Shown here: positions 27,229 to 37,313 of the stretch, one piece after another
Layout: each line of letters opens with the position of its first letter
Numbering within the stretch: the first letter of the stretch is position 1
Program-made: the position numbers and the translations under genes
The notes under the pieces: generated by a model
What the model was told of the DNA's origin: nothing
The model's database searches: none
The model's input: the letters and a program-made list of their open reading frames with translations, nothing else
Assembly (NCBI GenBank): GCA_031261345.1
Contig: JAISKC010000063.1
Span: 7,490-71,489 of the forward strand
Length of the DNA stretch: 64,000 bases
Source of the DNA: Eubacteriales Family XIII. Incertae Sedis bacterium
Lineage (GTDB): Bacteria > Bacillota > Clostridia > Peptostreptococcales > Anaerovoracaceae
Direction of reading: 5' to 3'

Positions 27229-28512
27229 CTAGCCCCTTTTCTTTTTGCTGATGATATCTATGGCGACTGCGAACAATAATACCAAACCTTTGATTGTCTT
27301 CACCCATGCAGATGAAACGCCCATGAGCGATAGCCCTTGATTGAGCACACCCATAACCAACGCACCAATCATGACTCCGGGCACAGTTCCCTTACCACCT
27401 GTAACAGCAGTGCCTCCGATGAAACATGCTGCGATAGCATCTAGCTCAAACTCTTGCCCTGCAACAGCTGTAGCAGACGCAGACCTTGAAAGCATGACAA
27501 CGGACGCTGTCGATACGAGAAGCCCCATATATACATAAATCTTGAAATCAACAAGCTTCGTGTTGATACCGGAAAGTATTGCAGCCTTTCTATTGCCACC
27601 TACTGCGTAGATGTGCCGACCAAACGTTGTGGACGTGGTGATGAATGTCGATAAGGCAAATAGTATTCCTACTATGACAAGCGTGATAGGGATACCACCT
27701 TGTTCAGCATTTCCTGAGGAAGCGAGCAGATATGTAACAAATGCGATGAGCGCGCAACCTATGATCATCGTAAGTAATTTCCACGTCTTAGCACTTGCAG
27801 GTATATAGATACCCGCTTTTGTCTGTGCTGCCATTCCTCTGAAAGTCATCACAATGACTACCACGATAAGAAATGCACCGACCAATAAAGTGAGCAAATC
27901 AAACGGCCCGACCCAACCAAAGATATTTGGGAGGAACCCTTTCGCTATGTGTCTATACGCTTCCACCTTGATTGGGATAGACTCACCGACAAGCAAGGTT
28001 GCCAGACCTCGGAAGAGAAGCATACCCGCGAGTGTTGTGATGAATCCCGGAATGCCAACATATGCAATCCAAAATCCATGCCACGCACCGATAATCAGAC
28101 CTATAGCCACAGCGGCAAGTATCGCCCAGTACCAAGGAATACCCATTTTTTGCATCATGATAGCAAGACAGCCACCGATGAATGCGACTTGCGAGCCAAC
28201 GGACAAATCTATGTGGGTGGCTATGATGACCATCACCATACCCATTGACAGTATGAGCACATACGCATTTTGCTGTATCAAAGCTACGAATGAGTTTGGA
28301 AGTAGCAGCAAGCCATTCGTAGACACTTGGAAGAATATAACCAGCAAAATCAATGCGCCCACGATACCGTATTGTCTCAGATTTTGAGAGAGCAATTTCT
28401 TGAGCGTTAATTCTCCTTCTACAGTAGCTTCCGCCGCCACCTTCTGTGAATGCTCTTCATTCGCTTTCTTCACGTCGTCGGACATTTTCTTGAAAATACT
28501 CAATTTATTCAC
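27229..28512 (-). CDS. sugar ABC transporter permease (MglC/GguB/XylH-like)
   Basis: 427 aa and polytopic. It overlaps the ATPase gene by 8 nt. Confidence 0.85.
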   Translation of the reverse strand: MNKLSIFKKMSDDVKKANEEHSQKVAAEATVEGELTLKKLLSQNLRQYGIVGALILLVIFFQVSTNGLLLLPNSFVALIQQNAYVLILSMGMVMVIIATHIDLSVGSQVAFIGGCLAIMMQKMGIPWYWAILAAVAIGLIIGAWHGFWIAYVGIPGFITTLAGMLLFRGLATLLVGESIPIKVEAYRHIAKGFLPNIFGWVGPFDLLTLLVGAFLIVVVIVMTFRGMAAQTKAGIYIPASAKTWKLLTMIIGCALIAFVTYLLASSGNAEQGGIPITLVIVGILFALSTFITTSTTFGRHIYAVGGNRKAAILSGINTKLVDFKIYVYMGLLVSTASVVMLSRSASATAVAGQEFELDAIAACFIGGTAVTGGKGTVPGVMIGALVMGVLNQGLSLMGVSSAWVKTIKGLVLLFAVAIDIISKKKRG

Positions 28513-30103
28513 CTCTCTTTTTCGTCATGTATTTCATCAGAGACTCCTGCGTAGATTCACCAATGTCAAAGCAACCCGTGACTCTACCAAAACTGATTGT
28601 ATATATACGGTCGCAAATACCAAGTATCTCCGGAAGTTCGGAGGAGATGACTATGATGGCTTTCCCTTCGTCTGCCAGCGCATTTATTGTTTCATAAATC
28701 TCATACTTTGCACCGACATCAATACCTCTTGTGGGCTCGTCTAAAATCAATATCTCAGGCTTTGTGAATAGCCATTTCGAGAACACCACTTTTTGTTGAT
28801 TGCCACCGGAAAGTGTACCCACGTTTGCTTCTATAGATGGGGTCTTTGTGCGCATCAATTTGCGCAAACGCTCAGACTCTACTATCTCCACATTCTTATT
28901 CATGACACCGTGCCTTGAAATAAGATTGAGACCCGCCAATGCCGTATTTTCACGAATATTTTGTAACAGATTTAGACCATATACTTTTCTATCTTCTGAA
29001 ACATATCCTATACCGTGTTTGATAGCGCTTCCTGTAGTGCCAAGTTCAACCTTCTCACCGTCGATGAACACATCTCCACTGATATCTACACCGTAGCTTT
29101 TGCCGAAAAGACTCATAGCAAATTCTGTTCGTCCACTACCCATCAGACCGGCAAGACCTACTATTTCTCCGGCGCGCACTTCGATACTTACATCATCAAC
29201 TATCTTTCTTGATTTATTTTCCGGATGATATGCATTCCAATTCTTCACTTCGAGTTTCACCTTACCCGGATGTGACTCGTGAACAGGATACCTATTATCT
29301 AAAGGTCTACCGACCATCCTTGATATCAGCGCATCTTCATCCAAAGGGTGCTCTTCGTCAACACTTATTTCGTCGCCAACGCTCTCACCATCCCTGATGA
29401 CAGTCACATCATCCGTAATAATGCCTATTTCGTTGAGTTTATGTGAAATGATGATTGAGCTGATGCCCTCTTCATCTCTTAAATTCTCTATTAATTGCAA
29501 CAAATGAAGACTGTCGTCGTCATTCAGTGCAGATGTCGGCTCATCGAGTATCAGCAATTTAACATTCTTGCTCATCGCCTTTGCAATCTCTACCAACTGC
29601 TGTTTGCCAACACCTATTTGGTTGATTGGTGTATCGGGATTTTCATCGAGACCCACCTTTTTCATTATTTCCAATGCCTTCCTTCTGGTAAGATTCCAGT
29701 CAATTTTCAGACCGGATTTTTGCTCATTACCAAGGAAGATATTTTCGGCTATAGACAGGAATGGAGATAATGCAAGTTCTTGGTGAATGATGACAATGCC
29801 ATCTTTCTCACTATCTCTAAGCGAGTGAAACTTCACCAGCTCACCCTCAAAAAATATCTCCCCATCATATGACCCATATGGGTATACTCCGGAAAGGATA
29901 TTCACAAGAGTTGATTTACCTGCACCATTTTCACCGACAATACCATGGATATTGCCCTTTTTCACCTTGATACTTACATCTTTCAAAGCCACTACAGAAC
30001 CGAATGTCTTATTGATGTTTTTCATTTCCAAAAGAATTTCATCTGAGATAGGTGGTCTCTTAGATTTGTCTATTAAAGGTTTCATAATCTTCAATTCTTT
30101 CAC
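28505..30103 (-). CDS. sugar ABC transporter ATP-binding protein (duplicated ABC domains)
   Basis: Walker A GENGAGKST, signature LSGGNQQKV and Walker B ILILDEPT. It has the two ABC cassettes typical of the MglA/GguA/AraG type. Confidence 0.9.
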   Translation of the reverse strand: MKELKIMKPLIDKSKRPPISDEILLEMKNINKTFGSVVALKDVSIKVKKGNIHGIVGENGAGKSTLVNILSGVYPYGSYDGEIFFEGELVKFHSLRDSEKDGIVIIHQELALSPFLSIAENIFLGNEQKSGLKIDWNLTRRKALEIMKKVGLDENPDTPINQIGVGKQQLVEIAKAMSKNVKLLILDEPTSALNDDDSLHLLQLIENLRDEEGISSIIISHKLNEIGIITDDVTVIRDGESVGDEISVDEEHPLDEDALISRMVGRPLDNRYPVHESHPGKVKLEVKNWNAYHPENKSRKIVDDVSIEVRAGEIVGLAGLMGSGRTEFAMSLFGKSYGVDISGDVFIDGEKVELGTTGSAIKHGIGYVSEDRKVYGLNLLQNIRENTALAGLNLISRHGVMNKNVEIVESERLRKLMRTKTPSIEANVGTLSGGNQQKVVFSKWLFTKPEILILDEPTRGIDVGAKYEIYETINALADEGKAIIVISSELPEILGICDRIYTISFGRVTGCFDIGESTQESLMKYMTKKRGE

Positions 30104-30120
30104 TTATCATTATAATAATT

Positions 30121-30148
30121 GTCCAGCACCCATAATAGGATGCTGGAC
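30121..30148 (-). promoter_or_regulatory. intercistronic stem-loop between the binding-protein and ATPase genes
   Basis: GTCCAGCA-12 nt-TGCTGGAC with no clear U-run. This is typical of an mRNA-stabilising or attenuating hairpin after an SBP gene. Confidence 0.4.
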
Positions 30149-30169
30149 AAAATCTGTTAAGCTAAATCC

Positions 30170-31333
30170 TTATTCAGGCTTGATAGCATCAGCTGTTGTG
30201 TAACCGCTGTCTACAACATCCTGCACAGAAACCGTACCCTTGGCATCGCTTTCACCATTCTTTGTTACGGATACTGAATCCAAGAGGATTGATGGTACAT
30301 CAATGTTGTTGTTGTCCATTGTAGCATCTGTTGCGACTGTCTCGCCATTGAGAAGAGAAACGCAAACTTCTGCAACTTTCTTTGCAAGAACTCTTGTGTC
30401 CTTCCAAACTGTCTCGCCTTGTGTGCCTTGATTGATGTTGTAAAGTGCATAATTCGTTGCATCCTGACCTGTTATCCATGGCCAAGTCTCTGTTCCGACC
30501 TTCCAAGGCATTCCGTTTTGCTCGATAGAATTGATGACACCCTGTGAGATACCATCATATGGAGAGAGGACTGCATTGAGCTGGATTGCGCCACCGTTGT
30601 ATTTTGCAAGTCTGCTGTCCATTTCCTTCTGAGCATTTTCCATCTTCCAAGAGTCGATTGAGATGTCCTGCCAATCGTCAACTGTGAAGTCCTTAGTAAC
30701 TCTGCCGGAAGGTGATGTCAAAACGCCACTTTCAAAGTAAGGCTGTAGCAGTTCCCAAGCACCCTTAAAGAAGAACTTCGCATTGTTATCATCTGCACTG
30801 CCTGTGAACAATTCGATGTTGAACGGACCTGTGGCTCCATCTTCGAGTCCTAGATTCTCGATGACATACTCTGCTTCAAGCACTCCGACCTTCTCAAGTT
30901 GGAATGTTACATAGTAATCAACTGCATCTGTATCCATGATGAGTCTGTCATATGCGATGACCTTGATACCTGCTTCTCTTGCTTTTTCTACAGCAGGGCC
31001 TACAGCTGAACCATCTTTAGCTCCAATAACGATTATTTTTGCGCCCTTGTTGATTGCGTTCTCGATATCTGAGTTTTGCTGCTCAATCTTGTCCTGTGCA
31101 TATGTGAGCTCTGCCTTATATCCAGCTGCCTCGATACCTGCTTTAAGTTCTTCGCCATCCTTAATCCAACGTTCTTCACCCTGTGTTGGCATAGAGATGA
31201 AGACCAAATCATCGCTTGAGGCCGCCGCGTCTCCGCTACCCTCGTCGCTGCTTCTGCTACCACTACATGCTGATAGCGACAATGACAATACCATAACCAT
31301 TGCCAAACATATTAACAATAACCTCTTTTTCAT
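30170..31333 (-). CDS. sugar ABC transporter substrate-binding lipoprotein
   Basis: Lipobox in MKKRLLLICLAMVMVLSLSLSAC/SG, followed by periplasmic-binding-protein type I sequence. First gene of the ara operon. Confidence 0.85.
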   Translation of the reverse strand: MKKRLLLICLAMVMVLSLSLSACSGSRSSDEGSGDAAASSDDLVFISMPTQGEERWIKDGEELKAGIEAAGYKAELTYAQDKIEQQNSDIENAINKGAKIIVIGAKDGSAVGPAVEKAREAGIKVIAYDRLIMDTDAVDYYVTFQLEKVGVLEAEYVIENLGLEDGATGPFNIELFTGSADDNNAKFFFKGAWELLQPYFESGVLTSPSGRVTKDFTVDDWQDISIDSWKMENAQKEMDSRLAKYNGGAIQLNAVLSPYDGISQGVINSIEQNGMPWKVGTETWPWITGQDATNYALYNINQGTQGETVWKDTRVLAKKVAEVCVSLLNGETVATDATMDNNNIDVPSILLDSVSVTKNGESDAKGTVSVQDVVDSGYTTADAIKPE

Positions 31334-31366
31334 TTTACCATCCTCCTTAACACTACTTATACGAAT

Positions 31367-31418
31367 ACATTTGTCCGTATCATTGTGTCATAAATATAAG
31401 TTTTATACGGACAAATGT
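31367..31418. promoter_or_regulatory. candidate AraR operator pair 1 (ara transporter operon side)
   Basis: Perfect 14-bp inverted pair: ACATTTGTCCGTAT (31367-31380) and ATACGGACAAATGT (31405-31418), separated by 24 bp. Each resembles the Bacillus/Clostridia AraR box core ATTTGTACGTA. Confidence 0.55.
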
Positions 31419-31440
31419 CAACAATTATTTTTATTAATTC

Positions 31441-31510
31441 GTCATTGCGAGCGTAGCGCGGCAATCCACTGCACAATTCGGCTGGATTGCTTCGCAGTGC
31501 TCGCAATGAC
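31441..31510. repeat. 70-bp imperfect palindrome (REP-like element)
   Basis: The outer arms GTCATTGCGAGC and GCTCGCAATGAC are perfect. The inner arms GGCAATCCA and TGGATTGCT match 8/9. Confidence 0.6.
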
Positions 31511-31540
31511 AGTATGCCAGTATTGACCGCAATCCATCAA

Positions 31541-31588
31541 AATTTGTATGGACATATATCGCGATATGGGTTAAAATCATACAAATGT
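31541..31588. promoter_or_regulatory. candidate AraR operator pair 2 (araR side, autoregulation)
   Basis: ATTTGTATGGACA (31541-31553) and CATACAAATG (31579-31588) form inverted half-sites about 25 bp apart, 30-80 nt upstream of the araR ATG. Confidence 0.45.
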
Positions 31589-31620
31589 TGTCTGCAATCC
31601 ATATGAATTAGGAGCAAGAA

Positions 31621-32715
31621 ATGAGCCACACACCCAAATATATACAAATCTGTGATGAGATACGCGGAAAAATTCTTTCCGGTGAATATGCCATCGACGA
31701 ACAAATACCTACAGAAAGCAGTTTTCAGGATTTATGTAATGTCAGTCGCCACACGGTCAGACACGCGATTTCACTTCTGGTTCAGGACGGATATTTGCGA
31801 AGCGAAAAGGGAAGCGGCACCTACGTCAGCAATGAGTATACTCAGAAACTATCCACGGACAACAATCAAAAGAAGATTGGCATCATCACCACATATTTCT
31901 CTGATTACATATTCCCTTCCATTATCAGGGGAGTTGAGCCCGTCATCAGCGCTGAAGGTTATTCATTGACTATCGCCAGCACTGAAAACAAATTTCGACT
32001 GGAAAAGCAGTCTTTGGAAAATATGTTTCTCGCGGGCGTTGACGGCCTCATCGTGGAGCCGACCCAAAGTAGCAGTCTCAATCCAAATCTTTCATATTAT
32101 ATGCAGCTCAAGGAACTGGATATCCCGCTACTGATGATCAACGCATTTTATGAGGAACTGGAAACGCCATGCCTCAGGATAGATGATGAACTCGCAGGGT
32201 ATAAAGCCACAAATTATCTGATAGCGAAGGGTCATACGGACATCGGGGTCATCTCGAAGACGGATGATATACAGGGGAAGTACAGGCTTCGCGGCTATCT
32301 CAAATCCATAAGTGAACACAGGTTGAATTACAAACCCGATTTGACGCTCTACTACGACACCGCCACGAAGGAATCTTTGCAACTCAGAATCACGGAGTAC
32401 CTATTTGAAAACAGGGAGAAACTCACTGCCGTCGTATGCTACAACGACGAGGTTGCCCTTATCGTCATTTCCGCTTGCTGGAACATAGGCATAAAAATAC
32501 CGGAGGAACTGTCCATCATCGGAACGGACAACGCCAAGCTCATGGGAACGATGGGCGTCAATCTGACCACCCTGACTCATCCTCAGGAAAAGCTCGGCGA
32601 AGATGCGGCCCGCTGGATCATAAACAAGATAAAGAACAAGAAGGCTGATAATCGCTTGCCCCTATACGATCCCGAACTCATCGAAGGCGACAGCGTCAAA
32701 ATCATCAGGAAGTGA
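31621..32715 (+). CDS. araR: AraR-type repressor (GntR HTH + LacI/GalR-like sugar-binding domain)
   Basis: GntR-type N-terminus IPTESSFQDLCNVSRHTVRHAISLLVQDGYLRSEKGSGTYV with a periplasmic-binding-fold C-terminus. It is divergent from the ara operon. Confidence 0.85.
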   Translation: MSHTPKYIQICDEIRGKILSGEYAIDEQIPTESSFQDLCNVSRHTVRHAISLLVQDGYLRSEKGSGTYVSNEYTQKLSTDNNQKKIGIITTYFSDYIFPSIIRGVEPVISAEGYSLTIASTENKFRLEKQSLENMFLAGVDGLIVEPTQSSSLNPNLSYYMQLKELDIPLLMINAFYEELETPCLRIDDELAGYKATNYLIAKGHTDIGVISKTDDIQGKYRLRGYLKSISEHRLNYKPDLTLYYDTATKESLQLRITEYLFENREKLTAVVCYNDEVALIVISACWNIGIKIPEELSIIGTDNAKLMGTMGVNLTTLTHPQEKLGEDAARWIINKIKNKKADNRLPLYDPELIEGDSVKIIRK

Positions 32716-32722
32716 GCGTTTA

Positions 32723-33715
32723 TTACGCAAGCTCGGCGAGGGCTACCGGACGATGTTCCTTTATTGAGAGTTCCAATGCCAATGTCAATTTGAAGGTTTC
32801 CAGTGCGTCCCTGTAATCAGAGCGGATACTCGAGGTGTCTTTCGTCTTGACCGCCTCGATGAAGGTGTTCATAGCCGAATCGTGGGTGCTCAATTTGATT
32901 GGAAATTCCTTTGCCGTGCCCGCGGCTTCGCAGATGACCTTATCGTTTTGGACGAAGGAAACGCTTAGGTCCTTTGCGCTGATGTGTATACCTATTTCAG
33001 ATGACTGAGCCTCAGAAAGATAGCAACCGGAAGTCAGGCTACCGACTGTGCCGTTCTTGAATTTGATAGTACTCAGCGAGGCGCTGTCCGTCTTGACGGT
33101 GGGGTCTTCAAACACGTATGAATTTCCGGAAAAAGCATAGACCTCTTCGGCCTCGCCCGCAAAATAGCGAAGCAGGTCGATGATGTGTGTGCTCTGTTCC
33201 ACGATTTGCCCGCCGGACTTTTCCTTGTCGCGCCACCAAGGAGCCGCCGGCATATGGTCTATCCACCAGCCGGATATAGCACCAATCGGCTTGCCAGCCA
33301 GCGCTGCCCGACTCTCCGCGATTCCTTCCGCATAACGTTCCTGATAATCCACGGCGCAGACGATACCGCTCGCCTCTATTATCGCCAAATTTTCCTTAGC
33401 CTTTTCAAGGGATAGGCCGAGTGGCTTTTCGACAAACAGATGAAGCCCCCTTTTTGCCGCATCCTGCTCGATATTGCCGTGCCGGTGTGGCTGAACGCAG
33501 ACGACAAGCGCATCAAGGTCGTCTCTTTCGGCCACCATCTCCTCGTACGATCTATAAAGACCGGCCTCGGGAACCTTCCTCCCGATATTTCGCAAAGCCT
33601 CCTCGCCGCCGTTGACAACAGCAACTACTTTGACATCATCTCTTTTGATTAGCCGATCAACATGCTCGTTTCCGAACCAGCCCGCGCCGACGACGCCTAT
33701 TCTTATCTTTTCCAT
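32723..33715 (-). CDS. Gfo/Idh/MocA-family NAD(P)-dependent oxidoreductase
   Basis: MEKIRIGVVGAGWFGNEH Rossmann motif. ATG 33715 is preceded by AGGAGG, and the track extension is rejected. Confidence 0.85.
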   Translation of the reverse strand: MEKIRIGVVGAGWFGNEHVDRLIKRDDVKVVAVVNGGEEALRNIGRKVPEAGLYRSYEEMVAERDDLDALVVCVQPHRHGNIEQDAAKRGLHLFVEKPLGLSLEKAKENLAIIEASGIVCAVDYQERYAEGIAESRAALAGKPIGAISGWWIDHMPAAPWWRDKEKSGGQIVEQSTHIIDLLRYFAGEAEEVYAFSGNSYVFEDPTVKTDSASLSTIKFKNGTVGSLTSGCYLSEAQSSEIGIHISAKDLSVSFVQNDKVICEAAGTAKEFPIKLSTHDSAMNTFIEAVKTKDTSSIRSDYRDALETFKLTLALELSIKEHRPVALAELA

Positions 33716-33881
33716 AATTGCCTCCTGAGCCATTTCCGTGATGATTAATTTTACTATATGTCCTCGGTAATGTGGAGTAATAATAAAGCCGCCGGACGAA
33801 ATTGCCACCATCGGCTTTATTATTGTGTCTTTATTATTGTATACTGTACACTAATCAAGGAAATTTAGGAAATCGGAGGGA

Positions 33882-34877
33882 ATGATGAGCATACTTATAC
33901 TGGGTGGAGCGGGATATATTGGGTCGCATACGGTGCGGCAGCTCGTTCTCGCGGGAGAAGAAACCGTAGTCGCCGACAACCTCATCACCGGTCATAAGCA
34001 AGCAATCTCTTCCGGCGCAAAGTTCTACGAAGGGGACATAAGGGATACCGTTTTCCTCGATGAAATATTCACGAAGGAGAAGATTGACACCGTCGTGCAC
34101 TTTGCGGCGAGTTCACTCGTGTCGGAGAGCGTTTCGAATCCTTTAAAGTATTACGATAACAATTTGGGCGGCGCGATAAGCCTCGTGAAGGCGATGGCAA
34201 AGCATGATATCCACTCCATCGTGTTTTCCTCGACGGCCGCTACCTATGGTGAACCGGAGAGAATACCGATACTCGAGAGCGACCGCACGGAGCCGACCAA
34301 CCCGTACGGAGAGACGAAACTCGCGATGGAAAAACTCTTCAAATGGGCGGATAAGGCCTACGGAATGAGGTATGTGTCGCTTCGCTACTTCAATGCTGCC
34401 GGTGCCGACGAGAGCGGAGATATCGGCGAGGATCACAATCCCGAAAGCCATCTCATTCCGCTGATTTTGCAGGTTCCGAACGGGAAACGCAAATCGATTT
34501 CCATATTTGGCACCGACTATCCAACGAAGGACGGCACCTGCATAAGGGACTATATACACGTAACGGATTTGGCCGACGCTCATCTGAAGGCTGTGAAATA
34601 TCTGAGAGATGGCGGTGCGAGCGACATCTTCAATCTCGGCACCGGAAACGGTTTCAGTGTCAGGGAAACAATCGATATTGCCCGTCAAGTAACAGGCAGG
34701 GAAATTGCGGCAATAGACGAGGCGAGGCGTGCCGGAGACCCTGCAGTGCTTGTCGCATCGGGCGCGAAAGCGAAGGAAATCCTCGGGTGGACACCACAGA
34801 GGGCGGCTTTGAGCGAAATCATCGAATCCGCTTGGAAATGGCACAGCACACACCCCAACGGTTACGAAGATGAATAG
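33882..34877 (+). CDS. galE: UDP-glucose 4-epimerase
   Basis: ILILGGAGYIGSH and the YGETK catalytic motif. 331 aa. Confidence 0.9.
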   Translation: MMSILILGGAGYIGSHTVRQLVLAGEETVVADNLITGHKQAISSGAKFYEGDIRDTVFLDEIFTKEKIDTVVHFAASSLVSESVSNPLKYYDNNLGGAISLVKAMAKHDIHSIVFSSTAATYGEPERIPILESDRTEPTNPYGETKLAMEKLFKWADKAYGMRYVSLRYFNAAGADESGDIGEDHNPESHLIPLILQVPNGKRKSISIFGTDYPTKDGTCIRDYIHVTDLADAHLKAVKYLRDGGASDIFNLGTGNGFSVRETIDIARQVTGREIAAIDEARRAGDPAVLVASGAKAKEILGWTPQRAALSEIIESAWKWHSTHPNGYEDE

Positions 34878-36090
34878 GGCTAAGGACATGGAGGCAGTAA
34901 CCAAAGACAGAATTCAATATATCAAGACTCGACTTGAGAAGGAATTTTCGAATGATAGCACAATGTCCCCCATTATCATAAGTTCTCCCGGGCGCATCGA
35001 GATTCTCGGCAATCACACGGATCACCAACACGGCTACGTGCTCACATCAGCAATTAATCTGGACAATTTGGGCATCGCGCGAAAGAACGGCCGGAATGAA
35101 ATAAATTTGTGGACCGAAGGCTATTCGCCCTGCAACGTCGATCTCGCAAGCATCAAAATAGATGAGGCTGAATACAATTCGGCAAATTCCCTTATTCGCG
35201 GTATCGTAGATGGCTTTCGCAAGAGGGGGGTTGATGTTGGCGGCTTTGATGCTTTTCTTGTCTCGAATGTCCTGAACGGCTCCGGTCTTTCGTCTTCCGC
35301 GTCGTTTGAAGTCTGGGTCGCGACCGCGATAAACGATTTGTTTTGCGGCGGCGAAGTATCCGCCGTGGAAATTGCGAAGATTGGACAGTATTCGGAAAAT
35401 GTCTTCTTTGGAAAGCCCAGCGGCCTACAAGATCAGATGGCCTGTGCGATGGGCGGCATCCTCTTCATCGACTTCCTCGACGCGGCCGAGCCCATCACCC
35501 AAAAATTCGACGTGGACTTCTCTGGTTATTCCATCTGCATCGTTGACTCCGGCGCGGATCACGCAAATTTGACGGATAAGTATGCCTCCATCCCGAAGGA
35601 ACTGACTGAAATATCCTCCCACTTCTCTAAGAGTTGGCTTCGGGAAATACCCAAATCGGATTTCATTACTGAAATTCCGAAATTGCGCGAATCATTCGGC
35701 GACCGTGCCGTGCTCAGGGCCTTCCATATCTATGAGGAAAACGAGCGCGTGCTTCGGGCGAAGGCAGCTCTTGAGCGAGATGATATTCGGGAATTCTTCA
35801 AATGCGTCAGAGCGTCCGGAGAATCCTCGTTCATGTATCTTCAAAACGTTTCGATAGCAGGCTCGGTGTCAAATCAACCTCTCGCGATAGCACTTGCTCT
35901 TGCCGGAGACGTACTCGGGGACGAGGGAGCCTTCCGCATTCAGGGAGGCGGCTTCGCGGGAACGATCGAGGCCTTCGTACCCGACAGAAAATTGGAAGAA
36001 TTCAAAGAAGTAATTGAAGGGGCATTGGGTGTGGGCAGTTGCCATATCCTATCCATCAGGACATCCGGTGCAAGTAAAGTAGAGGAGTGA
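34870..36090 (+). CDS. galK: GHMP-family sugar 1-kinase, galactokinase-like
   Basis: Galactokinase-signature-like PGRIEILGNHTDHQHG and the GHMP motif GSGLSSSAS. It overlaps the galE stop. Confidence 0.65.
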   Translation: MNRAKDMEAVTKDRIQYIKTRLEKEFSNDSTMSPIIISSPGRIEILGNHTDHQHGYVLTSAINLDNLGIARKNGRNEINLWTEGYSPCNVDLASIKIDEAEYNSANSLIRGIVDGFRKRGVDVGGFDAFLVSNVLNGSGLSSSASFEVWVATAINDLFCGGEVSAVEIAKIGQYSENVFFGKPSGLQDQMACAMGGILFIDFLDAAEPITQKFDVDFSGYSICIVDSGADHANLTDKYASIPKELTEISSHFSKSWLREIPKSDFITEIPKLRESFGDRAVLRAFHIYEENERVLRAKAALERDDIREFFKCVRASGESSFMYLQNVSIAGSVSNQPLAIALALAGDVLGDEGAFRIQGGGFAGTIEAFVPDRKLEEFKEVIEGALGVGSCHILSIRTSGASKVEE

Positions 36091-36094
36091 AGTC

Positions 36095-37231
36095 ATGCAA
36101 TACAGAACCTTTGAAAAAACAGGCGAAAAAATATCAGCCCTCGGGTTTGGAGCCATGAGGCTTCCGACAATTACTGATAACTCACCGAAAATTGATGTGG
36201 ACGCGGCGGTCAAAATGGTTCGATCTGCCATCGATGCAGGCGTGAATTATATAGACACGGCCTACGTCTATCACGCGGGCGAGAGCGAGGTGCTCCTGAA
36301 AGCGGCCTTGGCGGACGGCTACAGGGAGAAGGTCTTTATCGCCGACAAATTCCCACTTTGGGAACTGACATCTGTGGGCGACTTGGAGCGCGTCTTTTCA
36401 GAACAGCTCGCGCGGCTCGGCACGGATCACATAGATTTCTATCTGGTACACAACATCGACGAGGGCAATTCCGCGAATTTCTACAAATACAGTGTATACG
36501 ACTTTGTCAAGCAAAAGCAGGCCGAAGGCAAAATCAAGCATGTAGGATTTTCGACACACGGAGAAACCTTCGAGTTCTTCAAGAATATCATCGATGAGTT
36601 CCCTTGGGAATTCGTCCAGATACAGCTCAACTACATGGACAAGGAATATCAAGCCGGTGTGAAGGGACTCCACTATGCGGGCGAAAAAAACATACCGGTC
36701 ATCATCATGGAGCCTCTCAAAGGCGGCAAGTTAACGGACAATATCCCGCCCACCATCCAAAAACTCTGGGCCGAGGCTGACGTGAAACGCTCACCAGCCG
36801 ATTGGGCTTTCAGATGGGCCGGCAATTTTCCCGAAGTCCTGACCATTTTGAGCGGCATGTCAACGCAGGCGCAGGTCGATGAAAACGTTGCCATTTTCTC
36901 GGATATAGAAGCATTCGGACTTTCGGACTCTGAGGCCTCCTTGATTGACAGGGTTTCCTTTGAATACAACAAGCTGATCCCCTATTCATGCACTGCCTGC
37001 AAATACTGCCTCCCCTGTCCAGCTTCTCTGAGCATACCCGACCTCATATCTATCAGAAACAGCTGGTCGCTCTATGCGGAAAATCCTAAAATGAGGGCTG
37101 ATTACTACTTCAATTTTGAGTCCGGTGCCAGAGCATCCGACTGTGTTCACTGCAAAGAGTGCGAAGCCAAATGTCCGCAACATCTACCAATTTCGGACAT
37201 AATGACCGAGGTTCAGGAGATCTTCGAGTAG
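36095..37231 (+). CDS. aldo/keto reductase with C-terminal 4Fe-4S ferredoxin-like Cys clusters
   Basis: AKR N-terminal region (LGFGAMRLP, IDTAYVYH) plus CTACKYCLPCP and CVHCKECEAKCP. Confidence 0.85.
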   Translation: MQYRTFEKTGEKISALGFGAMRLPTITDNSPKIDVDAAVKMVRSAIDAGVNYIDTAYVYHAGESEVLLKAALADGYREKVFIADKFPLWELTSVGDLERVFSEQLARLGTDHIDFYLVHNIDEGNSANFYKYSVYDFVKQKQAEGKIKHVGFSTHGETFEFFKNIIDEFPWEFVQIQLNYMDKEYQAGVKGLHYAGEKNIPVIIMEPLKGGKLTDNIPPTIQKLWAEADVKRSPADWAFRWAGNFPEVLTILSGMSTQAQVDENVAIFSDIEAFGLSDSEASLIDRVSFEYNKLIPYSCTACKYCLPCPASLSIPDLISIRNSWSLYAENPKMRADYYFNFESGARASDCVHCKECEAKCPQHLPISDIMTEVQEIFE

Positions 37232-37238
37232 CGACACT

Positions 37239-37313
37239 CCCCTATTTTTAATGATAGGGGACAGGTCCGCTGTCTTACTTTTTTCCAGAAAACAGGACAG
37301 CGGACCTGTCCCC
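37239..37313. terminator. two stacked hairpins; the second is an 18-bp perfect inverted repeat
   Basis: CCCCTAT-8 nt-ATAGGGG (37239-37260). GGGGACAGGTCCGCTGTC (37257-37274) pairs with GACAGCGGACCTGTCCCC (37296-37313). The loop carries a T-run on the plus strand. Confidence 0.6.
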
